Source: Octopus sinensis (Eukaryota). From it: 64,000 nt of DNA. The stretch is taken from NCBI RefSeq assembly GCF_006345805.1, contig NC_043001.1, positions 72,726,001 through 72,790,000 on the forward strand, read 5' to 3'. The notes beneath the pieces were generated by a model, which was given only the letters and a program-made list of their open reading frames with translations, searched no databases and was not told where the DNA came from. Shown piece after piece: positions 1 through 13,159 of this stretch. The translations under genes were made by a program, and so were the position numbers. The stretch's first letter is position 1. Each line of letters begins with the position of its first letter.

Positions 1-50
1 CCCAGCATGGCCGCAGTCAAATGACTGAAACAAGTAAAAGAGTAAAAGAG
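1..50 (+). mobile_element. 3' tail of tRNA-derived SINE
   Basis: ccagcatggccgcagtcaaatgactgaaacaagtaaaaga; the same tail recurs at ~2080, 25320, 40690, 44620 and reversed at 51680 and 52630. Confidence 0.8.
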
Positions 51-77
51 AGAGAGTATATATATATATATATATAC

Positions 78-665
78 CGATTCCTATATGCCACTCATAT
101 CTGAACTCGGCCTGCTTAGGAGGTTGTTATGTCCTAGCATATGTGCTGCTTCTTTTAGTTTTCGAATTTTCCAGTGGTGTTCTCTGTCTATTATTTTAAC
201 TTCATCCTACAGGGAGAGGTGGTCTCCATTTTTCCATACATGATCAGCTATACTCGATTTGTCAATGTCTCCTCGTGTCACAGCTTTGCTATGTTCGTCT
301 ACCCTTATTTTGAAGGGACGGCATGTTTCGTCTTTGTATAACCTACCACAGCTGCATGGGATGGAGTACACGCAGTCTTTGGTGATATTCTCTTCTATTG
401 GTGGTTTTACTCGAAGAAGATATTTGCGAAGTGTTGTATTACTCTTGAACACTGTCCTGATGTTATACGGGCCGCATATCTTTTGTATCTTTTCGGAGAG
501 GCCTTTCACATAGGATAGATAGACTGTGAACAGTTTATTGGTTTCATTCTCTCTCTTCTTCATAATTGAAGCGGATAGTATACTTTGGGGGTAGTTGTTG
601 CTTAATAGATTATTATTGAGCTTGATTATTTCTTCGTGGTGTGTATCTGGATCGCTACTTATATT
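78..665 (-). pseudogene. Penelope-like element, GIY-YIG endonuclease region (decayed)
   Basis: ORF 207-770(-): YVKGLSEKIQKIC..CVYSIPCSCGRLY..ETCRPFKIRVDEH..SSIADHVW; continues past a stop as DEVKIIDREHHWKIRKLKEAAHM, typical of the PLE GIY-YIG C-terminus. Confidence 0.9.
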
Positions 666-689
666 CGAAAAATACCTTAGAATCAGGAC

Positions 690-1095
690 CCAGGTTCGAA
701 ATTTCCCCAAGACATCTGATAAAGGCTGGAGGGTGTAGATCATGTCATATTTTGGTGGAAGACATCGCACATGTGTTTAGCATGTCCCCCAAAGTATCAT
801 CAAAATATTACCTCCCTATGTGACACGACGTTGTCGCAAAAACAATATACTGTGCCATTCAGAAAAAAAGACTGTCCTGGAATAAATATAGAGAATCTTT
901 CCTGGTACTGAATACATGCACAAACATCAACTCAAAGAATACTGAAGGAACATTCTTACCAAAACATCTGTCAAGCATAAATGTGACAAGAGTTTTCAGA
1001 AAAAGAAGTCAACAAACCAACTCTCACGTTACAAATACAATCTGTAATTGGAACAGTAAAAATATGAAAGACTTTTTACAAGTTTAAGATGTGAC
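690..1095 (+). pseudogene. C-terminal fragment of RLE-type non-LTR retrotransposon (R4/Dong-like)
   Basis: CRSCHILVEDIAHVFSMSP..YLPM*HDVVAKTIY is a degenerate CCHC knuckle plus R(H)D motif; ends LQIQSVIGTVKI*KTFYKFKM*. Confidence 0.7.
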
Positions 1096-1199
1096 ATTGT
1101 TTTTCGTAATCTACTTTCCGACGATGGAGTTTTGTATCTTTGTTAGAAACCAGCTCCTTCCTCAGAGAAAGAATTTAAATAATTACGAACAGAAGAGAC

Positions 1200-1233
1200 C
1201 ATACATGCATACATACATACATACATACATACA

Positions 1234-1264
<31 letters not shown>

Positions 1265-1482
1265 GTGTGTGTATTATATACATGCCTATATATATGTAAA
1301 TGCATGTGTATGTATATATATATATATATATACATACATATACGTACTTACATATACACACACACATATGTGTGTATGTATGTATGTATGTATACGTACA
1401 TATATAATTACACGCACGCATATATAGAGAGAGACAGGCAAGTACATTGACAGATAGACAGAACGACGGACAGACAGATAGC

Positions 1483-1566
<84 letters not shown>

Positions 1567-1889
1567 AGAGTTGCGTAGTTCACTAACAAGTGATATGGTA
1601 CAAACTCGTGTTGTATTAAGTCTCAAGGTCAAAGTATGATGGCGTGATATTAGTGACAAGTGAAAGAGAAAGAGCGATAGAGAGAGAGAGAGAGAGAGAA
1701 GAAAAAGAGAGAGGCGAGAGAGAGAAAGAAAGACAGTAGGATACAGAGAGGTAGATGGAGAGTGTGGAGGGGAAGTGAGATAACACTCATAATAAGCCTG
1801 GCTCTGCCGTCAGATTCAGGATGAAGGACAGAACATAAGTTCATATAGATTGTAGTGTTTTATCAAATATGTGTAATTGTGAGTGCATG

Positions 1890-1967
<78 letters not shown>

Positions 1968-2604
1968 CTATGCATGTATCTATGTATTTATGAATGTATC
2001 TATGCATTATGTATGTACGTACGTATGCATGTATGTATGCCGAGACATTAACCTGTAGTGGATACTATTTCATTAAAGCGGTGCTCCAGCATGGCTACAG
2101 TCAAATGACTGAAGCAAGTGAAAGAATACAAATATATACATACAGATACAGACACACATACATACTAGTACGACTACTACTACGACAACTACAATGATGG
2201 CGCAACGTATGTTTAAGTGTGTTTGCCTGAAACTTCAAAGACATTCTGTCATTTGAGCCTCAACATAACACATTATTCGGTTTATGATGTCCTTTCAGTT
2301 TTCCTTCTTTTTTCCTTATTTTACTTTATTTTGCATTGTGTATGTATGTATGTATGTATGTATGTATGTATGTATGTATGTATGTATGTATGTATGTATG
2401 CATAGATGCATGCACGTATATATGTACGTATGTATGCATGCATGTATGTATGTAAGCATGCCTGTATGCATGTATGTATGTATGTATGCATGTATGTATG
2501 CATGGATGTATGCATGCACTTATGTATTTATATATGTATGTATATTATACATTATTATATAATACATATTATATTATGTATGTACATATATTATATATAT
2601 TATA
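1200..2604. repeat. Compound microsatellite field (ATAC, TA, AGAT, GA, GT, ATGT)
   Basis: Directly visible tandem di- and tetranucleotide arrays. Confidence 0.95.
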
Positions 2605-2754
2605 TAGGATGGCCAAACAGCGGCTCGCGAGCCTCATACGGAAATTGCTGGGTCTTGTGCCAAAATTTGAAACCGTTATATGTGACTTGGGGAAACACGT
2701 TGGCTGAGATCTTTTTTTTTTAAATCTCAATTAGCATAAACCTTAACTAAAGAC

Positions 2755-2997
2755 CCCTCCCGAGTCATATAAATTCATAGGGACGGTTTTCCGGTTTCTG
2801 TGGTGTATATATTCTCTGCTTGGACGGGACACCGGCCCGTCTAAAGATTAGTCATTTTTTCCCAGCAGAGTGGACTAGAACAACGTGAAATGATGTGTTT
2901 TACTCAAGAACACAACGCATCGCTCCGTCCAGGAATCGAAACCACAATCTTACGGTTATGAGTCCAACACCCTAACAACTAAGCCACGTACCTCCAC
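2755..2997 (-). mobile_element. tRNA-derived SINE inserted in the hAT element
   Basis: Minus strand reads gtggaggtacgtggcttagttgttagggtg..gtttcgattcctgg (A/B boxes), then tgtgttcttgagtaaaacac body. Confidence 0.8.
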
Positions 2998-3299
2998 TAA
3001 CATAAGCCTTAAAGAAGAAAAATTCAAACTTTATGATTATTTATTGGGTCCGGTAGTTTAGAGCTGCGGGAACGGTTTGCTTTTGCAGGAACGAGGAACA
3101 TTTTCCAACTATTTGAAAAATGCCCAAATATGAATTGTAATGACTTTTTAAAAATTTCTTCTATATTAGGTTTCATTCTCTCTAACTTTCTCACCACTAT
3201 TCTCATTCAAGCTGTAACCAGGTGGATACATATAAGTCTATAAGGATATGTCATTTGCATGTGGAATTCTGTTTTCATCGCTCTATTTCAAATCATGCT

Positions 3300-4290
3300 G
3301 CTGTGTCAGTAAATACTGTTGACAACGTTCAGCAAGAAAGCCGATGCAAAGACAGAAGCCAGTTTTGTTATTTTCTGGAATACTGCTCGAGCTAAACGTC
3401 CATTATTTGGTGGCGAATTTATTAACAATATAGCTGATGTCGTTGCAGTGTTAGATCCGAATAACACAAGACTTCAGTGACAAATAGCACAAACACTAAT
3501 TTCAGCCGCTCTAAAGAGAGGCATATCTCTCAGATCAGTGCTGATGTTGCATGCAAAATTCCCTTTTGACGAACCAACTGCGATACAAGGCGAATCTATT
3601 GACATACAAGACAACCCACAACTAGCAGTTTTTGTTTATTTTGAAGTAACTATGAAAGAAGAGATGTTGAATTTGATGGAATTAAAGAAACAACTTGTGC
3701 TGCTGACAGAGTATTAACAAATACTGGTGTTTCGCTATATAGACTTGTTAGTGTTGCAACAGATGGAGCGCTTGCAATGGTGGTGGTGGCGCTGAAGGTG
3801 GAGGAATGAAGGATTAGTTGCACTTATGAACAGTAATCCCAGCTTTCCAGAATTTCTCTCAGTTCATTGTATTATTCATTGCGAACACCTAGTTGCCAGA
3901 TACATTCATGGTTGATGCGGTCAATGATGGTTGACAGTTTCTCAACCTTTATTAATGGCATCATCTGCTGGGGAAATGGGACAAACAGAATTGCAGGAGG
4001 ACCTAGATCTAAAGATAATCCATAAATCCCAGTCTATAATTGAGTTCTAGAAACGAGTTCCAGAAATAAAATATACTGGACTGAAGAAAACTAGCGTGCT
4101 ACACATCCCGATTTTTTGCACAACATACTGCTATGAATCAATGTACTCTATAATGAAGCTTGTGTAACTGAAGAATAGTGTAAACCTCACAAGCCATCAC
4201 CTGACAGAACTAATTCGTACAACCTTGACAAATAGCCAGATTTTCAACGACTAACAGCCGAGATGGAAACACATAAGACCTCTTTCTAGT
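3300..4290 (+). pseudogene. hAT transposase pseudogene (GTF2IRD2/SPIN-like)
   Basis: Broken frames: TEASFVIFWNTARAKRP..GEFI, ESIDIQDNPQLAVF, LVSVATDGALAM, HCIIHCEHL, TTYCYESMYSIMK (dimerisation domain). Confidence 0.85.
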
Positions 4291-4989
4291 AGTAAATAAC
4301 GGCTTTAATAACCTGGTAGGGTCTTATTTTAATAGCTCTAATTTTATTGGTTTGCCTTTTTGCACGTTTTCTTCCATATTTTGACCAAATATTTAATAAG
4401 ATAAATAAATAGCATTAAAAGAGTATACATTTTCCTTTACACTTTTAGTTTTGGCTGTCTAATTTTATTTATTGAAATGAAAATTCGTTAATTTTTCTGA
4501 AATGTTATTGTAGTTCATAACCGTATTAAATGTACTACTTTTGGTGTATAAATTGAAATTTATGCAATTTAACAGTTTTCAATATTGCATTAATGTATAA
4601 ATATTGTTGCATACATGCAAAATGTATATGGATCAAAACATATTCTTTTATTGTACTGGTTTCATTCATTAGACTACGAACATACTGGGTCATCGCCTTG
4701 AAGGCATTTTGTCAATTATATCAACCCAAGTACTTACTTTTTAAGCCTGGTATTATTTTATTGATCTAAGTTGCAGCACATAAATACAAACGTTAACAGA
4801 CTGTAAATTTTGTTCACGTAGTGCGGCTCCCAAGCATCTGAATTTTATTGAATGTGACTCTTACGTTAAGTAAGTTTAGTCAGCTCTAGTATAGACGGTA
4901 GGAGAGATATTTGGAGACATATTTGATTACTGAATAAAACAACTCTAATCTAGTAAAGCAAAATGTATTTGATATAAATTTGTGCACGT

Positions 4990-6450
4990 TCTCGATAAGC
5001 TTTCTTATAAGATTATTCTATGAACCCGCCTTCAGCTTTGATGACTACTTTAATGTGGACCGGAATCATTGAAATCCTGCACTAAATAGTCCCTATTCAT
5101 TTCGGACGTCACCGGGATACTGACGGCTTCAATTAAGCTAAAATATTATGAGGATGTCGATTAGTCTCCTTTTCAATAACGGGCCAAACATTGTAGTCCA
5201 TTGAATTTTAAATCTGGCAAGTTTGGAGGTCACAAGTTTGGTATTACGTGATCGTAAAGATTATCTGACATCCGTTCCTGGGCTAGAGGGCTAAGTGAGA
5301 TGGTACTCAGACTTATTGGAATACGTGTGGTCATCCACCGTGTACTTCATCCATCCAGGGCTTAACAACTGTCTATAGTACCCTAAAGCATTAATTTAAA
5401 AACCCACCTTTTAGAAAGATGTGATGTGACATGATCTTTGTTACTAAAACCATCACAGATTATGGAAACTTCGTGTGCATTACTCTGGATATATCAGAAG
5501 GATCTATTCATAATAATCTGTCATTTCTCCTGTTAGACTTTTGGTCTTGGTCGGAGTTCTTCTCGTTAAATAACTAAAGCATACTGTAACATTGGATTTA
5601 ATCCCACGTTTTGCCACATATCTCAAACCACAATTCAATTATAATTTGATCCAGTAGCAACCGAGATTTTACCTAATGAACGGCTATTGTTCACGTGATA
5701 GTTCAGTGGTCCAACTAGAAATTTCTGTAAGCAGGGCCTATAGATACGGTCAATTTAAGCGCCGAAATTCAGAGTACCTAGGGTTGGATTTGAATTACAC
5801 TATCCATATAGCTAGTCTCACGGCTGTGTATTCAATCAAGAATGATCCAAGAAGACATGTCACGACACCTGAATATCCACTTGATATATAAAACCCAGCC
5901 CAAGTTTTGAATTTCAAGCAGACATTTTTCTTTCGAGTCATATTACGCTGTTTCATCCTACTGTTTGAGTTGCATGAAAACCTTTTCTATTAATGTAACA
6001 AATAAATTATGTTGCAATATAAAAAAAACATATTTGTGAAGGCTTTTGCCGTGGTTAGATAACCGCTTAGCCCGGATCAAACAGTTTTCCTGATTTTTCC
6101 CAAATAAATTGGTCTCTCATCAGTACACACGACTCGTACGATTGTTCTCGTGCACCACAGTTCTGGTACTCCACTCCAGTACTTGAAATTCTTTGGCGAT
6201 AGCCCTCATTGATTTTCCGGGTCCATCATCGATAATATTTTGAATCAGAAAATTGTAATGCCCTTATAGTGTCTGAACGTTTAGAATTTTATATTTCTCT
6301 TTGATACAGTTGAAACATTCCCACTAGAGACTTCCAGTTCCATCGTAACTTTATCTACAGAAGGATGCAACATTTACAAAGTTAGCCATTTCTAAATCGC
6401 TGTGACAACAATGACGTCATGTCTTTCAGTTTCTTATGTGAGCATTTTAT
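4990..6450 (-). mobile_element. Tc1/mariner (maT-like) transposase remnant, interrupted at ~5620-5950
   Basis: Minus-strand relics IDDGPGKSMRAIAKEFQV (HTH), EKNSDQDQKSNRRND, MHTKFP, PPNLPDL/DYNVWPVIEKETN. Confidence 0.75.
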
Positions 6451-6682
6451 CTGATACGAGGGATCTGAAAGAAGTAAAAACCTTTTATCCTTAAATACCG
6501 CTTACATCCTGCACACACACGCGTGCACGCATGCACAGAGGCACACACACTAACATGTGTATGTATGTAAATATATATGTATGTATGTATACAAACTTAC
6601 ATACACATATATTTGCATACATACATGCACACACAAATGTATGTGTGTGTGCGTGTGTATACGAGTATGTGTGAGTATATAA

Positions 6683-6714
<32 letters not shown>

Positions 6715-6718
6715 GTGT

Positions 6719-6786
<68 letters not shown>

Positions 6787-7251
6787 AGTATATAAATGTG
6801 TGTGTATATATATATATATACATACATATATATATATATATATATATGTATATGTATATATATGTATATGTATATATATGTATATATATGATGACGTCTC
6901 GTTCTGCTGGACTAGCCACCTAACAGGATACAATCATGGGTCAGATCTAATCTCGATTCGTCAAAAAATGATGACGTATTTCTTCCGTGGCAAAACTGTC
7001 GCTGCGCTTGGTTGGTTTCCTTTAGGAGTCTTTTCACTATATTCGTTGAGACTGGGTTTTGATTGGTTTGGAACTATATGACGTCAGTGAAAAGTGCAAG
7101 TGACCACAGCCTAGCTGAGCTGATATAAACCCAACAATCACAAAATTCACCAAAATTATGCGAACAGACACCGATCAAAAATCATTACTGTTGCTCCCAT
7201 TGGAACACAAGATAAAATCTAAAATGAACTCCTTGCCTTTTCAAGAACATG

Positions 7252-7490
7252 ATTTTTTTATATTTGACTCTATTGAATGTATGTCACAATTATGAACCAC
7301 TACATCATACTCTTTAAACATATAGCATGGACTCCCTTTATTATATATGAATTTTTTATATTTGACTCTATTGAATATTATATATGAATTTTTTATATTT
7401 GACTCTATTGAATATATGTCACAATTATGAACTATTACATCATACTCTTTAAACATATAGCATGAACTCCCTTTATTATATATAATTTTT
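7252..7490. repeat. Local tandem duplication (~100-bp unit x2 with a ~37-bp partial unit between)
   Basis: ttttatatttgactctattgaat occurs three times; atgtcacaattatgaac..ctccctttattatata occurs twice. Confidence 0.9.
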
Positions 7491-7535
7491 TTTGATAAGG
7501 TTCGTCATTTCAAGAACCGAAACATGTTAAAAATT
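7484..7535 (+). ncRNA. Degenerate minimal hammerhead ribozyme motif
   Basis: AATTTTT-TTGATAA-GGTTC..GAACC-GAAAC-AT-GTT-AAAAATT; core deviates from CTGATGA; palindromic ACATGT in stem III. Confidence 0.5.
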
Positions 7536-7612
7536 AAAATTTGTCTAATATAGCAGCATTTTCAAACTTCATTTTTTACAAATATATATCCACTCGTATA
7601 CGAGCTAATCTT

Positions 7613-7684
<72 letters not shown>

Positions 7685-7685
7685 T

Positions 7686-8333
7686 AATTCATAAATGAGG
7701 GCAAAGGAAAAAATTTCTAATGCCAAATATGCCGAAAAATTGGACATATTGTCCATTAACCATATAATTTTTTCACAATACGCACGCTACTTGAAAAAAG
7801 GTCGACAGACATTTCTAAAAAATTCCATTATTACCATATTGGACCAATTTCAGAGTTAGCTACTAAGAGCCCCCTCTTCGTCAGCGATACATGTGGCAAA
7901 AGAAATAAATGAGATACTTACTCATACCCATGGAAGAAGCAAACACTAAGTCATGAGCACAACTAAGTACCCCAAATACATCCAAAATAGAAATACTCCA
8001 GCCCATTCGAGACACGTGCGATTTGAACTGAGGCTCTCACAGAGTGAGATAGTCCGGAAGTGAACGCTTAAATTTATATCTAATGAGGATAAAATTTCTT
8101 TTGAAAAAAATATTCTTACGAAAAAAATGTTATCAATGGCCAGCATATTAAAAAATACCTTAAACGGTTAAATTTATAAACAATTCATAAATGAGGGCAA
8201 AGGAAAAAATTTCAAATGCCAAATATGCCGAAAAATTGGACATATTGTCCATTAACCATATAATTTTTTCATAATACGCACGCTACTCGAAAAAAGGTCG
8301 ATGGTTATAATGGAATTTTTTAGAAATGTCTGT
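7686..8333. repeat. ~150-bp direct repeat pair (7686-7837, 8182-8333), probably PLE-LTR-related
   Basis: aattcataaatgagggcaaagg..aaaaaggtcg is present twice and nearly identical. Confidence 0.9.
7836..7889 (-). ncRNA. Minimal hammerhead ribozyme motif (PLE type)
   Basis: Minus strand: TATCG-CTGACGA-AGAG..CTCT-GAAA-TTG-GTC-CAATA. Confidence 0.6.
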
Positions 8334-8444
8334 GACACAAAGTATGACAAGCGTGACACAAAGTATGACAAGGCTGGCCCTTTTAAATACAGGTACAACA
8401 AAAATAGGAAGAAAGAGTGAGAGGAATGTGTGGTCATAGAATAC

Positions 8445-8593
8445 ATCTGGGTTCGCCACTACCCGCTGCCAGAGCCTCGTGAAGCTTTAGGTATTTTCGT
8501 TCAATAAACACTCACAACGCTCGGTCTGGGAATCAAAACCGCGATCTTATGACCTCGAGCTACTACCCTAACCACTGGGCCATTGCGCCTCCG
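8445..8593 (-). mobile_element. tRNA-derived SINE head
   Basis: Minus strand ggaggcgcaatggcccagtggttagg..gcggttttgattcccagacc. Confidence 0.75.
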
Positions 8594-8605
8594 CATACAC
8601 ACACA

Positions 8606-8646
<41 letters not shown>

Positions 8647-8703
8647 TATATATATATATAGAGAGAGAGAAAGATATATATATATTTATTTATTTATACA
8701 TAT

Positions 8704-8834
<131 letters not shown>

Positions 8835-8908
8835 GAGGGAGAGAGAGATTTACATATATATATAAATACATATATATATATTTACGCACACACCCACACA
8901 TATACACA

Positions 8909-10135
8909 CACGCACGACGGAAGTAAATTGACTCCTCGTAAAACATTGTTTTATGTTTATTTTAACTTGAAAGGGTTTATATTTTTTGTTAACGGACATT
9001 TTTGTTTTTCAGGTTCTATATGTGACTGTTTAATCATACCACGTACAAAAGAAGCCTTGGAACTGTCCAAATTTCAAAGAGGCCATATTGTGGATCAATC
9101 TGAAGGTAGACTTAAGGTAAAATCGCAAAAAAACTGGGGATCCCACTTTCTACAGTTAATAGGGTGATTGTGCAATTCACCAGAGAGGGGAAGGAGCCCA
9201 CATCCCCTTGCCCAGGTTAACCAGGGCCCTCTGACAAGAGAGCCCTGTTAAATGTTAAATGAAGTATGGAGGATAATCCTCATTGCAAGGACTCTGACAT
9301 AGCAGAACAAGTTGATGTCAGTCCCAGAACAGCTGTCAAGTATCTCCACAAACATGGTTACTATGACAGAGCAACAGGAAGGAAGCCCCTCCTTCAACCA
9401 GCCAATATCAAGTGGAGAAAAGATTGGGCCAGTGCGATGATGGAGTGGCCGCTAGAATTTTGGGACACTATAATATTCTCTGATGAGTCCAGATTTGTTG
9501 TATTATCTGACTGGTCAAGTGTGGATCTGGAGACTGTGTAATCAAGAATTTAATGTGTAATAATTACTGTCAATAATGAAGCAAGGCTACTATTCTGTGA
9601 TGGTCTGGGGAACAATTTGAAGTAAAGGTCAATCAGGGCTGGTTGGAGTGTGATGGAAACATAAACTCAGATAAATGTGTCCATATTGCAGAAGAAACTC
9701 CTTCCAATCTTCTCCAATGGTGAACTGATTAAAGAAGACTATGGAAGATGGGACTCCTTCTCACACGGCTAAAAAGACCCAAGATCGGTTGAAAAAGAAT
9801 GGTATTAAAATACTTCCATGGCCAGGCCAATCACCAGATATGTTCCCTATTGAATAGCTCTGGGGCATAATGGATGAAACACTTCGTAAAACGAACAAGA
9901 AAGCGTCCTCAAAGCCAGATCTTTTGAGATTACTACATGAAACTTGGCAAGAAATTCCCCAAGAGAATATTTGTTATCTCATCAGTAGCATGCCTTATAG
10001 GATCCTTGCATTGAAAAATGCAAAAGGCATGTCTACTAAATATTAGATATTCATATCAAAATAATTAATAAATAATTTCAGATTAAAATAAATTTTAATG
10101 ATTATAAGGGTGCCTATTTACTTCTGTTATGTGTG
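8909..10135 (+). mobile_element. Tc1 (DD34E-type) transposon, near full length, decayed
   Basis: TIRs cacgcacgacggaagtaaattgac / gcctatttacttctgttatgtgtg; PRTKEALELSKFQRGHIV, GRKPLL, IFSDESRF, EDGTPSHTAKK, WPGQSPDMFPIE, AKGMSTKY*. Confidence 0.9.
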
Positions 10136-10156
10136 TGTGTGTGTGTAGTTATACGT

Positions 10157-10272
<116 letters not shown>

Positions 10273-10286
10273 CATATATATACATA

Positions 10287-11429
10287 CTAGCAAATGCACC
10301 CATACTTTAGACGGGGTAATTATTAATTATTATAATGGTGCATTCCTGTGGACGGTTTAAGGTGAATTAGATAATTTGGGCTTCAGTGACGTGCTCTATC
10401 ATTTGTTTGACCTCAAGGCGAGTTCCATTGCTTAGTGTATTTAGATTGTGTAGGAGGATGACAGGGCAACTGATCAGTTGTCAACTGATCTGTAACAACG
10501 TTCTTGAGAATGTAGCTGACTAAGTCACATTAAGAGTGTTGACAGCTGCATTTGTAGGTGCAAGAACAGCCCTGTCGCGAAGCCAATTTGGTTTTATGCA
10601 TTCCGTTGTAAGATTTGGATAAACGGTAGAACACAAGTCAACAGGGCTGGATTCAGTGTGGCCAATGATGGTAGTATCAATGTATCCGTTGTCATCGGAC
10701 GTAATTTGTCCATTGCCAATTTTAAAGAGCATTTCCGAAAACTGGGTTGTAGGCTGACCAGTTTGTAGGAGTGATCATATGTTGATGGTGAGTTGTTTAG
10801 ATTAGACATGCGACCTAAGGAGGGATTTTTAAAGTTAAGTATTAAGTTTATCAGCAGGTGTTCCTTTGGGTATAATAGGCAGAGTTTGTCGAAAATCTGC
10901 AAGAAGAAGAGTCACACCTTGTTTGATCTAAGATCCCTCATTGTGGTATGAAGTGCTTGTAGGGAACATTTATAGGACATAGTTGCTTCATCCCAAACAA
11001 TGAATTTGCATTTTTTCAAAATTGTCGCTTTGTCCGAGAAATGCATTATGTGGCACGTTGGGTTTTCTTGATGTACTACATTGAAAGGCAATTTAAAAGT
11101 AGCGTGTGCTGTTCGTCCGCCATCTTGAAGAGTCGAGGCTATTCCTGGGGAGGTAACAGCAATAGCAAGATCACCATTATGCCGCATCTTCGCAATAAGA
11201 TTCAGGAGGAACGTTTTTTCTAGTTCCACAGGGTGCATCTAAGATGATTCCGCCAGTGTGTGTGTAGATGTTTTCGAGAACGTAATTGTATACGTCAGCT
11301 TGATCCGAATTGAGAAATGAACTGTTTGAATTTGTGGATGTTTCCCTGAGAATGAGACCATACACACACACATACACACACTCACGTACACACGCACACA
11401 GACACATCTTCTGTACTATATATTATAGA
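10287..11429 (-). mobile_element. Internally deleted Helitron carrying a PIF1-like helicase fragment
   Basis: Minus strand starts TCTATAATATA and ends with a hairpin plus CTAG, inserted between A and T; DAPCGTRK, AVTSPGIASTLQDGGRTAHATFKLP, FIVWDEATM, WLRDRAVLAPTNAAVNTLN. Confidence 0.9.
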
Positions 11430-11473
11430 TATATATAGTTATATTTATAGTTATATATATATAGTTATATTCG

Positions 11474-11540
<67 letters not shown>

Positions 11541-11605
11541 AAATGTGTATATATACATATGTATGTATACATACATATATACATACATATATATACATTA
11601 GTCTA

Positions 11606-12355
11606 ACTTCATCATGGTTTTTGTAATTAATTTATTTATCCCTTTCTATAGTTTTCCACCCTCCTGTTCATATTATTATTTTTATAAAGACCTTTATGTA
11701 AGTGGCCCTTCTAATTAAGTACCCCTAAGAAACTATATTATCATGTATGTATTAACTCTGGAAACTTTTAAAACTTATATTACACATCTCAGTTTATAAT
11801 TGATATATAGTTGGCATGTTCTATAGCCTCAATATTCCTCATGTAAATACCGGGTATCAGTCTTTATAGATACCACCAAATAACTAATAACTAATAAAGA
11901 AATAATTTAGTTTAAACGATTGAGTTATTAAACAAATTCTATAAAATCTTCTCTTTCTATTGATGATAATAAGGTATATATACTTCATCATGGCTTTTAG
12001 TGATTAAATTATTTATTCCTTTTTATGGTGATCTACCCTACTGATCGTATTATTATTTTTATATTAGCCCTTAAGTAAGCCTAATGTTTGTACCCCTAGA
12101 AATTTATATTAGCTTCTATATAACAGCACCGGAAACTCCACAACTTATAATACACCTCTTAGATTATAATTATTATAAAATATAGTTAGCATGTTCTATC
12201 GCCCCAGTATTCCTTTCTTAAATTATCAGTAAATGCAAGTGATCAATCTTCATAGATACCACCTAACAAGTAAATATTTAAGTATATGAATAAATATTAA
12301 ACTAATTCTATGTAATTTTTTCTCTCTCTATTGTTGTAAATTTTGGTATATACTC
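11606..12355. repeat. Diverged tandem duplication, ~376-bp period, 2 copies
   Basis: acttcatcatgg at 11606 and 11982; shared gtacccctaa, ggaaact, tagttggcatgttcta, tagataccacc and ctctttctattg blocks. Confidence 0.85.
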
Positions 12356-12905
12356 AAAATTATTCAAACATCATTTTGGTTATAATATTTTCTTAATATT
12401 TTTTGATAACCCTAAATTTTAACTTTATACAATATAACAATATTGTTTAAATCATTCAACTCTAGTACCCCATGATAAAAATTTCCCCTGTATTATCATT
12501 ATTGGTTTTATTAGAGTCTTGCCCCTTTAACTGGTAATTAACATCTTGATTTAAGATCTTCCTTTACCAAACCTCATTATAGCCAGTTACTTTATACTAC
12601 TTCAAAATAATTTTGACAAGTTTTATGACTATACCCACTATGATTCCGTCATCTCCCTCATTCCCTTTCCTAACAGACACTGCTCTATTGTCTTAGATTT
12701 TGATATACAAAAATTTGATAAACTAGGACTATAAATCGTAACCTACCCCAAAAATCAATGACAAACTAGAACCCTAACAAGTTTCTTTTTTTTCCTGGTG
12801 TCTTAGTAACTTCTAAGCGGAAGTGAAAAACTTTGTCTGTTCTTAGAGGATTTAAGTAAAATTATGCAAATGTGTCCGACTGTTTAAATTAATTCTATTT
12901 ATTTA

Positions 12906-12991
12906 TGCAGCTGAGGATAGCTCTGCATTTAAATTGATGTAATGATTGCATTGTTCAATTAAATGGAATCCCTTGAAACGGTCATACTGTA
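12906..12991 (+). ncRNA. Degenerate hammerhead ribozyme motif
   Basis: TGCAG-CTGAGGA-[CATTTAA..TTAAATG stem II]-GAAAC-GGTC-ATA-CTGTA; stem III consistent with a CpG-decayed ACGGCCGT palindrome (inferred). Confidence 0.5.
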
Positions 12992-13159
12992 GCACTTCTG
13001 GATATCCTGTTGCTTATTTTGATGTATATATATATATACAATTACACATACATACATACATACATACATACATACATACATACATACATACATACATACA
13101 TACATACATACATACATGCATACATACATACATACATGCATACATACATATATACATAT

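Larger units (their letters stand above)
2605..4888 (+). mobile_element. hAT (Charlie/SPIN-like) DNA transposon remnant
   Basis: Left end taggatggccaaac..gcggctcgcgagcc; right end ..gcggctc..gtttagtcagctcta (degenerate TIR); internal transposase relics. Confidence 0.75.

Noticed and set aside
1115-1160. Hammerhead-like ccgacga..gaaac (also 19498 and 22645)
   Set aside because: Stems I and II cannot be formed convincingly
1091-2723. Many ORFs rich in YI/HT/CV/MY dipeptides (also at 6.5, 10.1, 13.0, 45.4 and 57-58 kb)
   Set aside because: Translations of TA/CA/TACA microsatellites, not genes
2930-2997. tRNA gene-like A/B boxes (also 8530-8593, 24480-24545, 62450-62515)
   Set aside because: No full cloverleaf; they continue into SINE bodies
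6890-7090. TGACGTCA/TGACGT motifs with a CCAAT box
   Set aside because: Short motifs next to repeat-derived DNA with no linked gene
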